NCBI RefSeq assembly: GCF_009914755.1
Contig: NC_060927.1
Origin: the human T2T-CHM13v2.0 reference genome, Homo sapiens
Length of the DNA: 64,000 bases
Strand: one strand, 5' to 3'
How positions within the stretch are numbered: position 1 is the first letter of the stretch; the number at the start of each line of letters is the position of its first letter. The notes under the pieces are model-generated. The model did no database searches, was not told the origin of the DNA, and was given only the letters and a program-made list of their open reading frames with translations. This document shows, in pieces, positions 41,018-55,526 of the stretch. Made by a program: the position numbers and the translations under genes.

Positions 41018-41714
41018 ACCCAGTTTTCCCTGAAGTCGAGTTTGTGGTCTAAGGATGTCTTGAGCCCTGTGTGCCCCACCATTCATGACCTCTGTATTCT
41101 CTAGTTAGATCCCTGACCATAAGCCTGAGCCCCTCCCTCCCAGCCCCATATTCACACACATCCCAGCCCCTGGCCTTGCCCTCTTCCTTTAGGCATGTGA
41201 GAAAATCAGCCTAGCAGTTTAAACCCCACTTTCCTCCACTTAGCACCATAGGCAAGGGGGCAGATCCCAGAGCCCCTCTCACCCCCCCCACCACAGGCCT
41301 GCTCCTTCCTTAGCCTTGGCTAAGATGGTCCTTCTGTGTCTTGCAAAGACTCCCCAAGTGGGACAGGGAGCCCCTGGGAGGGCAGCCAGTGAGGGTGGGG
41401 TGGGACTGAAGCGTTGTGTGCAAATCCAGCTTCCATCCCCTCCCCAACCTGGCAGGATTCTCCATGTGTAAACTTCACCCCCAGGACCCAGGATCTTCTC
41501 CTTTCTGGGCATCCCTTTGTGGGTGGGCAGAGCCCTGACCCACAGCTGTGTTACTGCTTGGAGAAGCATATGTAGGGGCATACCCTGTGGTGTTGTGCTG
41601 TGTCTGGCTGTGGGATAAATGTGTGTGGGAATATTGAAACATCGCCTAGGAATTGTGGTTTGTATATAACCCTCTAAGCCCCTATCCCTTGTCGATGACA
41701 GTCATCCTAATGAT

Positions 41715-41766
41715 AATAAAACCTGCATCCAGATAATCACGGAGCTCTGTGGTTGCTGTTCTGTCG
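41715..41766 (+). terminator. TRH: TRH polyadenylation signal and downstream GU-rich element
   Basis: AATAAA 41715-41720, ~700 nt after the stop; GT-rich ctctgtggttgctgttctgtcg at ~41744-41766; cleavage expected ~41733-41740. Confidence 0.88.
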
Positions 41767-43819
41767 CAGCTGGCATGGGATTCTTCTTTCGCATTGAGAG
41801 GGATATTTAAAAGGGGATGGGACTAGAGTTCTCAGCTCTGCTGCAGAGGGAATCAGGGACCCTGGGAGGATGACAAGTCCTCTCTACTGTCCCCATTTCA
41901 GAACACACTTGGGAGGTGGATGGGGTTCTGGAGCCCATTTGACTCCTGGGGAGACTAAGGCCTGGAGAGAAGGAAGGGCTTGCCCAAAGACACACAGCTG
42001 GCTGAGGTGGAGCCATGGGTCTGAGAGGCCAGCTCAGGGATTTGCCTTGAGTTTGCCTGATTTGGGAGGCGGGGGTGGTGGTGAGAGGGGAGGTTTGAGG
42101 GGAGGACTAGTCTGGCTCAGGTCTGTAATCTTCATGGTTCTGTTGACAGCTTGTGTCACCAAACAGCCTGTTAATGAACAGGAACAAGGAGGGCAGAGGA
42201 CCAGGCTGCAGTCAGGAGACACAAACCAGGGGTCTTCTGGGGCTCGGTGCAGGACAGGAGGGAGTGGTGTGAACTAGAGTTAACTGAAGAAGTCATGTGA
42301 AGACATTTGAATTCAAAAACTTTAAGAAATGTCATGTGACTCTAATAATAATATTAATAACAGAAATACACAACACTTTATGTGTCAGACACTGTCCTCA
42401 GCACTTTCCGTATATTAATTATTCTAATCCTTGACAGTGCTTCCAGATATTAATATGCCCATTTTACTAATGAGGAAGCCAGGGTACAGCAAAGTTAAGT
42501 AACTTGTCTGAGTTGAATTTGGCCCACTCATGGCCAGTTTGCAACCTCTGACTGAAACTAAACCCCCACATCTCCTTAGTCTTAGACTTTGAGTTAGTTA
42601 GATGATCCTCTGTTTAGTGGATGGATGGACTTTTCAACTTTGCTACGAACAGCTTTTGGTCACCTTTTGGGGCAGAGGGAGGCAGGAGCAAGAAGGGCGT
42701 CCAAGACCCAGCTCCTCTTCCTTTGGAGCTCATGGTTCAGGTGGGGTGGGGAATGGGGAGACTGGAAAATCTAGGGTTGACAAGATGCATTCACACCATT
42801 TTCCCCATAATGCTCTTAAAAGCCCTCTGACGTACTGAGCATTTGATGTATGAGAAACCAACACCTCCTCCTTTTCAGATGAGGGAACCAACACAGAGAC
42901 AAGAGTCCTGCCCCAAGGTCAAGCATGTAGATCGGGCCTTCCCCCTGGGCTTGACTCTCCACACCCCTCAGCTGCCTTCTGGAAGCCTTTAACCACCTCA
43001 CTGTCACCATCAGGGCAAGTGGGCCCTGGCAAGATTCCCTCTGACCATAGACCGCCTCTGAAGGCAGGCCCTCTAAAGAGAATAGAGGCCGCTCATGGAG
43101 TGCTCTCTGGGTGCTCAGTGTTCACACACGCTTTCTCATTGGCTCCTTGTGACTGCCCCGGAGGCCAGGCTGCCATGTCAATTTGCAGTTGAGGAAAGCT
43201 GAGTTGCAGCTGAGTGTGGAGAAATTAAGCCCAGGGATACATCCCACCCTCTCCTGCTGTCAAACTTCATTGATTTGTGAGGTGTGGACTCTTCCTCAGA
43301 AATGAGACCGTTTGAAGAGTAAGAAGCCCGCTCCCTCCAGCTCTTTAATGTTTTCCCCTTTGCCCCTATGAACGATCATACCCGTGCACTATAATAAAAA
43401 GGGTTTGGGCTTTTGCCACAGCCTGGACAAATGCTTTAGACAGTTTGAGTCTCAGTCTTCTCATCTGTAATATGGGCACAATAATCTTGGCAGTCCCATT
43501 CCCCTCAGGATTGTTTTAAGATTAACTGAGATCAAATGTATGTGTACAGCTCCTGGCATGGTGCTAGGCACTGAGTTGATTCTTGATAAAAGGCATTTTT
43601 AGTTCTAGTGCTCCAGGATAGAAGAGACTTAAAACTGAAATTTGGAGACCAATTGTTCCTCCCTTGCTTCATTCTCCAATCACAAAAGCGAACAAAAACA
43701 AAACAAAAAGTTGATGGGGCTTTATTACAAGTCCATGCGAGGCATTAGGGCAAAATGGTGTGCTTGCTGCTCTCCAAACGCCCCTCTCCTCCTCCTCGCC
43801 CTTCTCCCCAACACACACA

Positions 43820-44165
43820 CGGCCTCTGCTCTGCCCAGGATGCTGTGCCTGTGATGCTCTCTGTACACTTCTACATTTCCCAGCCTCCCTTGCAGTTGGG
43901 GTGGAGTCAAGTGACTAGTCCTGGCCAGTGGGCTGTGAGCAGTAGATGACACTTTCCAGTTTAGGCAGTTAGAGCCAGTGTGCCTCATTCATCTTTTTCT
44001 TGCTGTCATGGTGGATGAAAACCCACATGTAGAGATGGCAGAGCACATGATGGATGGATTCTGAGCCCTGGCTTCACTAGATGGAAGTTAGGCACTACTC
44101 ACGACATCAGACTTTTCATGTGCAAGAAACAAACATGTGTGTGTTAAGTCACAGAGATTTCAATT
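43820..44165 (+). mobile_element. MaLR LTR (MLT1J-like)
   Basis: tacatttcccagcctcccttgcagttgggg...gtgactagtcctggccagtggg. Confidence 0.7.
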
Positions 44166-44446
44166 CTGATAAACACAGATGCCCACTCCATTCTCTTCTC
44201 ACGGAAATCTTTCCCATCTTTTCCTTCTCACATGTGTCTGCTTTCATCAATGCTGCCTAGATCAGGGCATGGCATGAAGTAGGTGCTCAACAAATATTTG
44301 CTGAATAGATGTTGAAAGCTGCAGGTCACTTCTATCTTAGTCCCCCAGCCTGACTTCCAGGGGGTCCCTACCCTTGAGGGGCTTCCATCCAGTGGGGAAA
44401 CCGACAGGCAAACAGATGATGACAACTTAGTGTGAGAAGTGTGGGG

Positions 44447-45132
44447 TGTCAACTGAAGAACCATGAGGTTCACAAATTTGGAAAGGAGATTTTTATTTCT
44501 TATAAAGGGTTGCAACCTGCAGGAGGCCATTCTGACAGTCTGGGAAGGGCAGCTTCCGGCCAGAAGCCAGAAACACTTCGAGGGAGGGGAAAAGGGAACT
44601 GGAATTTATGCCGAGATAGTTAACAGGTTATAGGAGGAGCTGTGATTATTCATGAAGGGGAGGCCTGGACATAGTAGTAGGCTAACACGCATGCAACATA
44701 CATCTCATGTTCACTTTGGGGTGGAGACAACAGTTAAATGTATTACAGTTAGGCCCTATACATCAAAAGGTGATGCTGAGGACACAAAGGCCTTCTGTGC
44801 CCAGCCTTTGTATACTGGCCAGAACCACTCTGTGGTTGGTGGTCTTCTATCAGGAAGGACTGCTTGTCAGTGGCTGTGTCAAAACCACAGAAATGGAGGG
44901 GCAGCATTGGGCAGTTGGTTGATGTCAGCATTGGAACGAGTCTTTCAAAAGGGCTGGTCTCTGCTTAACCCTTAGGGAAGAAAGGCTAGTGGTAGTTATG
45001 GAGGGAGGGGATGTAACAGGGCAGTCTGACCTCCCATTAGGAAGTCAGTTTTTAAGGTTACCCTGGGGTCTCCTTAACAGAGAGAGTCCATTCAGTCAAT
45101 TTTGGGGCTTAAGATTTTTTTTTAATTTTCCA
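44447..45132 (-). mobile_element. ERV1 solo LTR, MER50-like
   Basis: TG...CA termini; perfect 5-bp TSD TGGGG (44442-44446, 45133-45137); reverse complement starts tggaaaattaaaaaaaatcttaagcccc...gactgaatggact, as in MER50. Confidence 0.8.
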
Positions 45133-45699
45133 TGGGGAATAAAGGATGCAAGAAGAACAGAGATGAGAGAGCAACTTGGTCTGGTTGAGGAAAGAAGGCT
45201 TCCTGAAAGAGGTAACATCCAAGTAAGTGATAAATAAGAGAAAAAAACATTTAAGGCAGAAGAAAGAAGATCAGCAAAGGGCTTGGTGGGAGACATAACG
45301 AATTCTTGGAGTTGCTAACATCTGAAATCTTCTACCCTATCTCCTAGCTCTAAGGGGGCGAGCCGTGTTCCCCATGCTTCCTGGTTCAGGCCATGCTCCA
45401 CACTGGGACTCCGATTCCCACAGCTTAGAAGCGCGAGAGCAGTGCGGATTGGGGTGGAATGAAGGAAGCCTCCCTGGGGGAAGGGTATTTGAGTTGAGCT
45501 TTGAAGGATAAAAGAAAAATAATTTTTTCTTTCTGAACCCTTACTCTGGGGCCAGACATTGGAAAAAACACTTTCGCATCCACTCCCCAGCATACAGTGG
45601 GTGATCTGTAAATATATGTTGAATGAATAAATTACTCATCATAGTCATTTCCAGTGTAGAGAAAAGGAAAAAGAGAAATGAGGTGACTTTTCTAAGTTC

Positions 45700-46110
45700 A
45701 TTAGCCTGAAACCTTGGAGTTGTCTCTATACCCTCCTTCCCTTATTACCCACATTCAATTCTTTCTATGTCCTGTAGATTACACCTCCTAAACATGTCTC
45801 AAGTCCACCTACTTCCTTCCAACTCTTCAGCTACCATCCCGGCCACCATCACCCCTCATCGTGAGATTGCAGAGCCCCCCCTTGCTGGTCTCTGGCTTCT
45901 ACTCTGGTCTCCCAAACCTACTCTCCACACAGGAGCCAGAGGGACCTTTCTGAAGTACAAATCTGATCACAGCACCCAGCGTGCTTGGAGCCCACCAGTG
46001 GCTTCCATTTCACCTAGGAGAAAAATCCAACCTCCTGACCATAGCCAAGTGGCCTGCTCAATTTGCCTCCTTTTTGTTTCCTGAACATGCCTCAGGGTCT
46101 TTGTGCTGTT
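45700..46110 (+). mobile_element. L2 fragment
   Basis: aaccttggagttgtc...ctccacacaggagccagagggacctttctgaagtacaaatctgatca. Confidence 0.75.
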
Positions 46111-46429
46111 ATTCCCTCTTTTCTCCTCATTATTTCTGCTTTACCTCCTAGTGTGTCTTCCTGTACTGTGGAGGTTGGAAAGCAGAAACTACATTTGTAG
46201 CTCCCGTGCAGCTAGATTTTTTTTTTTTTTTGGATGCACAGTAAGTTCTCCACGTGGATGCTGTCATGTGAGATTTAGAAGGCTCTTTGACGATTCGTGC
46301 TGGAAAGCAAGATGATGGTGACGGGTGGTGTTTCTGCGGTAGTTTCCCAGTGTCCAACCCCCAGCTTTGGGGTTTCTAGGGTCCTCAATGGCAGCTTCCC
46401 GTCCAGTTTCACAGCTACAGGGTGTGTTC

Positions 46430-47110
<681 letters not shown>

Positions 47111-47610
47111 TAGTGATTTCTTTAGTAATCTTACCAAGGGGTACCATAAATGAGTTTTAGAATATTAATAATCCTGATGGTGGCCTCCAGATTTCTCACC
47201 TTCCTGATTGGAAACAGAGAAAACAGCGTTCTGCAAGCCTACTCTCTAAGCCCGGCAACAATTTTATAAGCACCTAATTCCAGAGCAATATTCAAAACAT
47301 TCATCAGCCGGTCCAAGACAGGCATTAGCCAATCAGTACATGTGCCCCAGCTGGATGGACAGATTCTGGCTTGACATACCTGTGAAGCCATAGCAGCAGT
47401 GCAAGGAGCTGACAGCCAGCCCTGCTGGGTCAACCCTTCCTGCCTCCTGTTAATGTTCCTAAAACGGTTTCTGTTTGCTGTGCTGCATCCTGACGATCTA
47501 CATTAGATAATGCCTATGCTTCCTTAGCTGTCATTTCAGACAACACCTTGTCAGAATGCGGCCCGGCATCCCTCTCCTTGCTTGCAGCTATCACAGTTTG
47601 TAATTACATC

Positions 47611-48040
47611 TGTCTCAGGCTGAGTTTCCCAGCACCACACTCTGAGACAAAGATTTGAGTGTCAGTAGTTTACTTGGAGAGTGAGCCCAGGTCTGGGAGC
47701 GAGGGAGTGATTCAGGGACGGGAAGGGCATGATGTGGAGTGCATTCGCGAGCCAGTTATTGCTGTGGGCAGCTGGGGCTCCATCCTGTTAGGGGTCCTTG
47801 GGAGATTGTAGAACAGGCCTCAGAGCTATCCCACTTGATTAGATAAGGAAGCTGGATATTTTTGTCTTCCAGTTCCCATGGATGGGGGTTGAGAGGTTCA
47901 AAATTCCAGCTTGCCCTCTGTGCCAACCTCGAGAATGCCCTTAGGTGAAGAATCTCAGGATACCATTGGCATTCACCTCAAAGGTGAGAGCTGAGGGGTT
48001 GAGTGAGGTTCCCACAGCATCTGCTGCAGGCTTCAACAGC
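47611..48040. mobile_element. ERVL-type LTR relic (LTR16-like)
   Basis: actctgagacaaagatttgagtg.cagtagtttacttgg...ctgtgggcagctggggctccatcc. Confidence 0.55.
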
Positions 48041-49658
48041 GTCTGTTGCAGTCTTCTTGGGTGGCATTTCATCAATGGCTCCTCCCTCATCAAACTCTAG
48101 GCTCCACATACTCCTGCAGGACCAGCACCTGGGACAGCGCCTGGCACAGAGCAAGTGCTCAGTAAACATCTGCCAAATGCAAAGGAAGGCTGCATGAATG
48201 AAGGTAGAGCTGGGATTTGAGACCAGGCTTGCCAGATTCTAGGGCCCTAGAGGGAGATGGTGGGGCAAACCAAATACTGTGGGGTGCTGTGCAGTTAGTA
48301 TAACCTGGGAAGCCAGCTCCAAGGATGGCTGCCAAGCTGAGAGCTCATGTGCAACCCAATGTAACATCTGTCCAAGTACCCTACCTTTTAAAACACCTTG
48401 GAAGACATCAAATGGCCCTCCACTGGCTGTCAGTTTCTCACTCTGCACTGTGTCACTAAGAAGCCACCATGTGCTAGGCCCTGCACGAGGAAATTCCAGC
48501 ACCATTAATAAATACCCTCAGTTTATGGCGAGAAAGGCCTGGCTCAGCAAGATGAAGTGATGTGCCCGAGGCTCACCAGAACTGTGCCTGGTTCTGGAAG
48601 GCTCCAAGTCCACTGGTCTTTCATCTACACCTGCTGTGCCTCACCTGGGCAGCTTTGATAGCTGGGGAACATTTCTTCAAGGAGCCGCCTCTCACATTCA
48701 GGGAAGGTGCCTGTCCTGCTTTGCTGTGAAACACCTCAATGTCATGACTTCCTCTGATATGTTCTTTAATTAATTATTTCTGCAAACCTAAGTTTGATTA
48801 ATTGGATGCAATCACAGGACTGGTTTGATGAGAGACTCAGTTCCTGCTTGGGGCCTCTCGGGTGGCATGAGAACATGTGGGGCTTCTTACCTGAAGGATG
48901 TCGGCAATTAGAGCCCATTTTGACTGCCGGGGTATGAGCCGACTGCCTCAGAGAACATCAATTAGCTCAGTGGCTAAATTGTGCTGAGAGTTATCGGTTA
49001 CCAAGGGGACCCGTGGTCAATGCCAGGATTTAAGTGGCTCTTGTCTTCGGGGATCATCTTTCCTGAATCGCGGCCACGTTCTGGGCCTGGTAATTATCAG
49101 CAGGCTGATTAGGCCTCGTCCATTATAGAGAGTGACTTCCTAATCGCCAGCTGCTGGGGAGGAAAATGTCTCAGCTCCGACGCAGGTACACCCCGTCCGA
49201 CATGCCAGAGGCTGGCACGCACACACTGCAAGGCTGCTTTGGGCTGTGGCCAAAGAGATGGCACAAGGCACACACTGGGCTTAGCTGGGTTTCCCTTGAA
49301 GAAGCTCAAGGTCTCAGGGCAGCCCTGGAGATCATGGAACCCAGGCCATTCCTGGCAGGTTAAAGATGATCTCTGAGGGGATGGATGCCTGCCCTGGGAA
49401 GAAAAGGGAGCCCCTACTAGTGCCAGGCACAGGGCCAATGATTCTAACAGTCAGTACTTATTGAGCACTTAGTATGTGCCAAGCATTGCTCTCGCCTCGC
49501 CACAGAAAACAAGTCATTTGACCCTCTCTAGGGGGAAACTGAGGCACAGGGTGTTTAGGTGACTTGCCCACACATCTGAAATTTAAATCCAGTCAGTCTG
49601 CTTCCGAATTGAACAGCTACAGGTGAACAGCATGTTGGCTCTCGTGCTTGATGTATCG

Positions 49659-50133
49659 CAGCCGTTCTTGAAGTTGTCCCATTATCCTTTCAGGGAATCT
49701 TTGCGGTCTTCACTTTCCCAACTACATGTCTGTGTGAGGCCAGGTTTTCTTCATATACTTCAACCAAAAAAACAGACTAAATGCGAAGCAGATAAGGGAA
49801 GCCAGAACCTATTAAGTCAGATATTTTTTTAAATATGCAAGAATGTAAAGCAATGCCACTCTTCTCATTAAATTGTCTTTTCATTTTGGAAAATAGCTTA
49901 TTTTTCATAAAAATATGTTATTTATGTTAATAGATAATTAGATAATGCATTAGATAGTGGATTTATTATTGCTATTTCAAAATTAGTAAATAAGCATTTT
50001 TAAAGCTCTCGTTTTAATTCGTAGTATGGGAAATATCAGTAGATATAATCCACAGAATACAAAGTTCCCTGGGGTCCTCAATAATATTTAAGAGCATAAA
50101 GAAGTTTTGAGACCAAAAGATTGTGAACCACTG
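49659..50133 (+). mobile_element. hAT-Charlie DNA transposon relic (Charlie1-like)
   Basis: CAG...CTG ends; ccaactacatgtctgtgtgaggccaggttttcttcatatacttcaaccaaa; ends gagaccaaaagattgtgaaccactg. Confidence 0.75.
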
Positions 50134-50167
50134 ATATATTCAGCATATTATATATCAGCAGTTGATA

Positions 50168-50784
<617 letters not shown>

Positions 50785-50859
50785 AAGAAGAGCTAATACT
50801 TGGCATTTATCTGTGCTAGGCATTGTCCTAAGTATATGATGTATTTTGACTTATTTATT

Positions 50860-51130
50860 ATTTGTTTGTTTTTGTTTTTGAGAAGAGTCTCACTCTGTTG
50901 CCCAGGCTGGAGTACAGTGGTGCGATCTTGGCTCATTGCATCCTCCACCTCCCAGGTTCAAGCGATCCTCCTGCCGCACACCACCACGTCTGATTGATCT
51001 TTGTATTTTTTGTAGAGACAGGGTTTTGCCATGTTGCCCAGGGTGGTCTTGAACTCCTCACCTGAAGTGATCTGCCCACCTCAACCTCCCAAAGTGCTGG
51101 GATTACAGGCATGAGCCACCACGCCTAGCC
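50860..51130 (-). mobile_element. Alu (internally deleted) in a MIR
   Basis: TSD T(A/G)TTTTGACTTATTTA. Confidence 0.88.
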
Positions 51131-52687
51131 TGTTTTGACTTATTTAATCTTCACATCCAGGAAGTAACACTTACAATTATCCCCATGAGGCAACTGAGGC
51201 ACAGTTTCCTTGGGCTTAAGTCTTGTGCTGGGCTGGGACATGACAGAGCCCCAATGTGAACCCAGGCCTGCAGGCTCCAGAGTCTGGGCCTTTACACACC
51301 TCTACACCACATCCTCAGGCAGCATTGCTTACACTTATGGAGAGCACTTGGACCGAGCTAAGGATTTGCCTGTTTTAATTGTATCATCCTAAGTTGCCCA
51401 TGGTAAGGAAATTTCTGCACAGAGAGATGCATACTTTGTCTGAAGTCACACAGCCAGGAACCAGGTGCGGGGATCCTTAATTCTGAGCTCTGAGCCAGAT
51501 CCAGATCTGACCAATCACCCCACCTCCCACCTCCTCAACCACAGCCACAGTGATTGGCTCAAGGGTGGGTGAAGCCAAGTCAGAATGAGAGTCAACTCCC
51601 GGGCCTTTACTGGAATATTTGGTGAGAGGCCCTCTATTTCCCCTCAGTTACTAAACTGATGAGATTTACCCTTGCTCCGCTAGAGGCTGTCTTACCAGTG
51701 CAAAGAAGAAACCCATTCATTGAGAATGAAGACAACCAAGAGAAGACAGTCAAGAGATGGAGAGAGACTGACATCTGCTGATTTTATTTGAGCACCTGGG
51801 TCCATCCACGCCTAATACCCTTGGCCTTTTCAGTTACATGAGCCAATAAATCTCATTTTTACTTAAGTCATTTGCGTTTTTTTCAAATATAACAAAACGA
51901 GTTCTGACCGATACAATCTATAAACATCAAACTAATTTTAGCATGTTTCTGAGAGAGGAGTGCTTCTTCCTTTCTCTCACCCATACCGCCTGCCGACCAC
52001 CTCCCTGGCCCCTACCCAGGTGAGAGAGCTATGCTGGGGAGGGCTCCAGTCACTGTCTAGTATAGTTTCCCTGCCACTTATTTCTCCAAAACCATGATAG
52101 CTCTTGTCAATAACAAACATTTATTAAGACCCTGCTGTGTGCAGGGCACTATTCTACTCCTGGCTTATTGCTTGGTGCCCTCAGCTGCTGACTGGCTTGG
52201 CTTTGGGGATGTCTTCCATTTGCCCTCCAGACCCATTCTCAGCCCTGCCTGTGTCTGGGCGGTGGATCTCTATGGACTGCCCCATGCGGGTTCCCTCTCC
52301 TTCAGATTCTGGTGTGGTTCAGATCAAACGGAGAGAGGAGAGGAAAGAGGCATGTCCACTCCCCTCCCTGCCTGCTGCAGTTTCACTCCATTCTTCCTCC
52401 TACAGCCACAGCTCCTGCGGGCAGCCCTCCCTGACGGCTCCAGCTCTCTCGGGGTTCCGGCAACACCACCCCTCCCTTGCCCCACCCGGCCTCAGGGTGC
52501 TCGTTTCTCCCCACTGTGTCTCCGGCTCTTCTCCTGACCCTGTCCATCTCATCACTGAGCTGTCCTCAGATGCCCCCTTTCAGTGGGGGTTTCCTGCCAG
52601 GGTCCCAGTGGACACAGCCTTAGTAGAAGACATAAAATAGTAATACAGTGAAGACAGGACACTCTGGCTTATAGAATCATGGGAGGC

Positions 52688-52995
52688 TTTTTTTGTTTTT
52701 TGAGATAAAGTCTCACTCTCTCGCCCAGGCTGGAGTGCAGTGGCACTCCACTGCACGGCATGGCTCACTGCGGCCTTGACCTTCTCAGGCTCAGGTGATC
52801 CTCCCACCTCAGTCTCCTGACAGCTGGGACTATAGGTGTGCATCACCACATCCAGCTAATTTTTGCTTTTGTTTTTATAGAGACAGGTTTTTGCCATGTT
52901 GCTCAGGCTGGTCTTGAACTTCTGGGCTCAAGCAATCCTCCCGCCTCGGCCTTCTAAAGTGCTAGGATTACAGGCATGAGCCACCATGCCCGGCC
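52688..52995 (-). mobile_element. AluJ-type
   Basis: TSD ATGGGAG(G/A)CTTT. Confidence 0.9.
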
Positions 52996-53258
52996 CTTAT
53001 GGGAGACTTTAATAGCCTCCTTATGCCCATTAACACCAAGGGTAAATATTATTATTGTTATTATAACAGTGAGATCTTCTGAGCATTCACTATGTCCTGG
53101 GCACTGAACTAAGAACCTTATTTATGTTATCACATTTGATACCCACAATGACTTTCACAGGTAAATATTGCTATTATTCTCATTTTCCCGATTACGATAC
53201 TGACTTTCAGAGAAGGGAAGCTGCTTGCCTAGGATCATACAGCTAGTGAATTGCTAAG

Positions 53259-53706
53259 TGCTATAGTTTGGATGTCTGTCCCTCCAAACCTCATGTTGAA
53301 ATTTGATCTTCAATGTTTGGGTCATGGGGACAGATTCAGCCATGAACAGATTAATGCCTTCCCTCAGGGGTGAGTGAGTTCTCGCTCTGTGAGTTCTTTT
53401 GAGAGCTGGTTGTTAAAAAGAGCCCAGCACTCTGTGCTCGCTCGCTCTGTCTTTGTCTCTCTCTCTCTCTCCCTTTAGCTCTCTCTCGCTCTCGCTGTCG
53501 TTTTCTCTCTGGCCATGTGATCTCTGCACACACAGGCTCCCCTTCACCTTCCACCATGAGAGGGAGCAGCCTGAGGCTCTTACCAGATGCAGATGCCCAG
53601 TTTGAACTTTCTAGACATCAGAATCATGAGCCAAATAAACCATTTTCCTTTCTAAATTACCCAACCTCAGATACTGCTTTATAGCAACACTAAATGGACT
53701 AAGACA
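53259..53706 (+). mobile_element. Complete MSTB-type MaLR solo LTR inserted in a MIR
   Basis: TGCTATAGTTTGGATG...GGACTAAGACA; perfect TSD CTAAG at 53254-53258 and 53707-53711. Confidence 0.9.
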
Positions 53707-53758
53707 CTAAGCCAAGATGGAAACCTAATTCTGTATGACCCCAAAAGCCAGGGTCATA

Positions 53759-53947
53759 CAGGGAGGGGAGTGGAAATGCCCCGACTTTCCTCTCCTCTCT
53801 GATCTTCTAAACCACACCAGAATCTGAAGGAGAGGGAACCTGCATGGGGCAGTCCATAGAGATCTGCCGCCTGGACACATACAGGGCCAAAAATGGGTCT
53901 GGAGGGCAAATGGAGGACATCCCCAAAGCCAGGCCAGTCAGCAGCTG
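53759..53947 (-). repeat. Inverted local duplicate of 52182-52370
   Basis: Reverse complement aligns over ~189 bp at high identity (roughly 85-90% by eye). Confidence 0.9.
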
Positions 53948-55188
53948 GAGTCTCTTAACTACCACCCTGTAGATTGTGTGGCAGAGTCCAGAATCAAATT
54001 TCGACTTGAGATTTCAATTCTGTCTCTGCCTTGCCCTTCTGACAACCTCCTCTGCTATCACTTGGCATTGCTGAGGTAGTATCCCTCCTACATAGCACCA
54101 GCTCCTGCACCTGGGTGAGCCTCTCCAACCCAAACACAGGATGACCTCTGGGAGAGAGAGGTCTCCTTCTCATGCCCCATTGTTCCTCTCAGGGCCCCAG
54201 CTGTTAACCAAGACCCAGGCAGAGGACCTGACTCGCCTTCTCACTGAGGCTCATCCTGAGAGACTGATGGTTTAATATTAACCCCAATAATAGGAATAGC
54301 TTACATTTATCAATTACCTGCAATGCCCTGTGCCCACACTAAGCACATCATATGCACTGTCTCATTTTATTCTCACATACAGCTTTGCAATGTAGGTACT
54401 ACAGCTATCCCACTTGACAGATGAGGAAACTGAGGCTCAGAGACATTAAGTGGGTCAGGCAAAAACTCAAGATTCCAGTCATTTTGACTCCATGTGCTTA
54501 ACTTTTAAGACATGCTACAACTGTGTCGACAGTTTCCTAATGAGTTACAGCCAAGGGAGCAGTTTCTAGAGGTACAGTCAGTAAGACTAGGCTGTTTCTC
54601 TTTGTGTGGCTCATGAAGTCTCCTGGTGGGTTCAAGGTCTTCTATATAAAGGACTCTGTGTGTGGGGAGGGTCAGATACTGGGGTTAATATCAGTGTTAA
54701 TAACTCTCAAGCTCACTTTGAAAAACAGTCTGGATGCTTCTCTCTTCTCCGGAGCAAGCAGTTGTGCATCTCTGAAGAAGTGAATGTTGATGGGTCTAAA
54801 ACAATCATAGAAATTCAATTTTTTTTTCTGGTATTCTGTTTAGGGGTGTTTGTGTCATTCAGTGATATATGATGGGATGTCAATGGGGGCTTTGGGAATA
54901 GGTTTCCTTGCTGATAAAACAGAGGCACCATGGCCAAAAAAAAATAAGTCCCCTTCTTCTGCTTATGTCATCATGGTTTTAAGTGATGACTGGCACTTTG
55001 GCAGCTATTTTGTGACCATGAGGGCACAAGCCTGAGATGGAAGTCAACTGACAGGGAATGGCAGAGCAGAAAGATGGATACATATGAGTTCTTGACAATG
55101 TCACTGAGTCATACCACAAAGACTTCACCAACTCTGAGGCCGCCCCACTGTCTGGACATGCTGTTACACAGGATAATAAAATCGGCTA

Positions 55189-55526
<338 letters not shown>

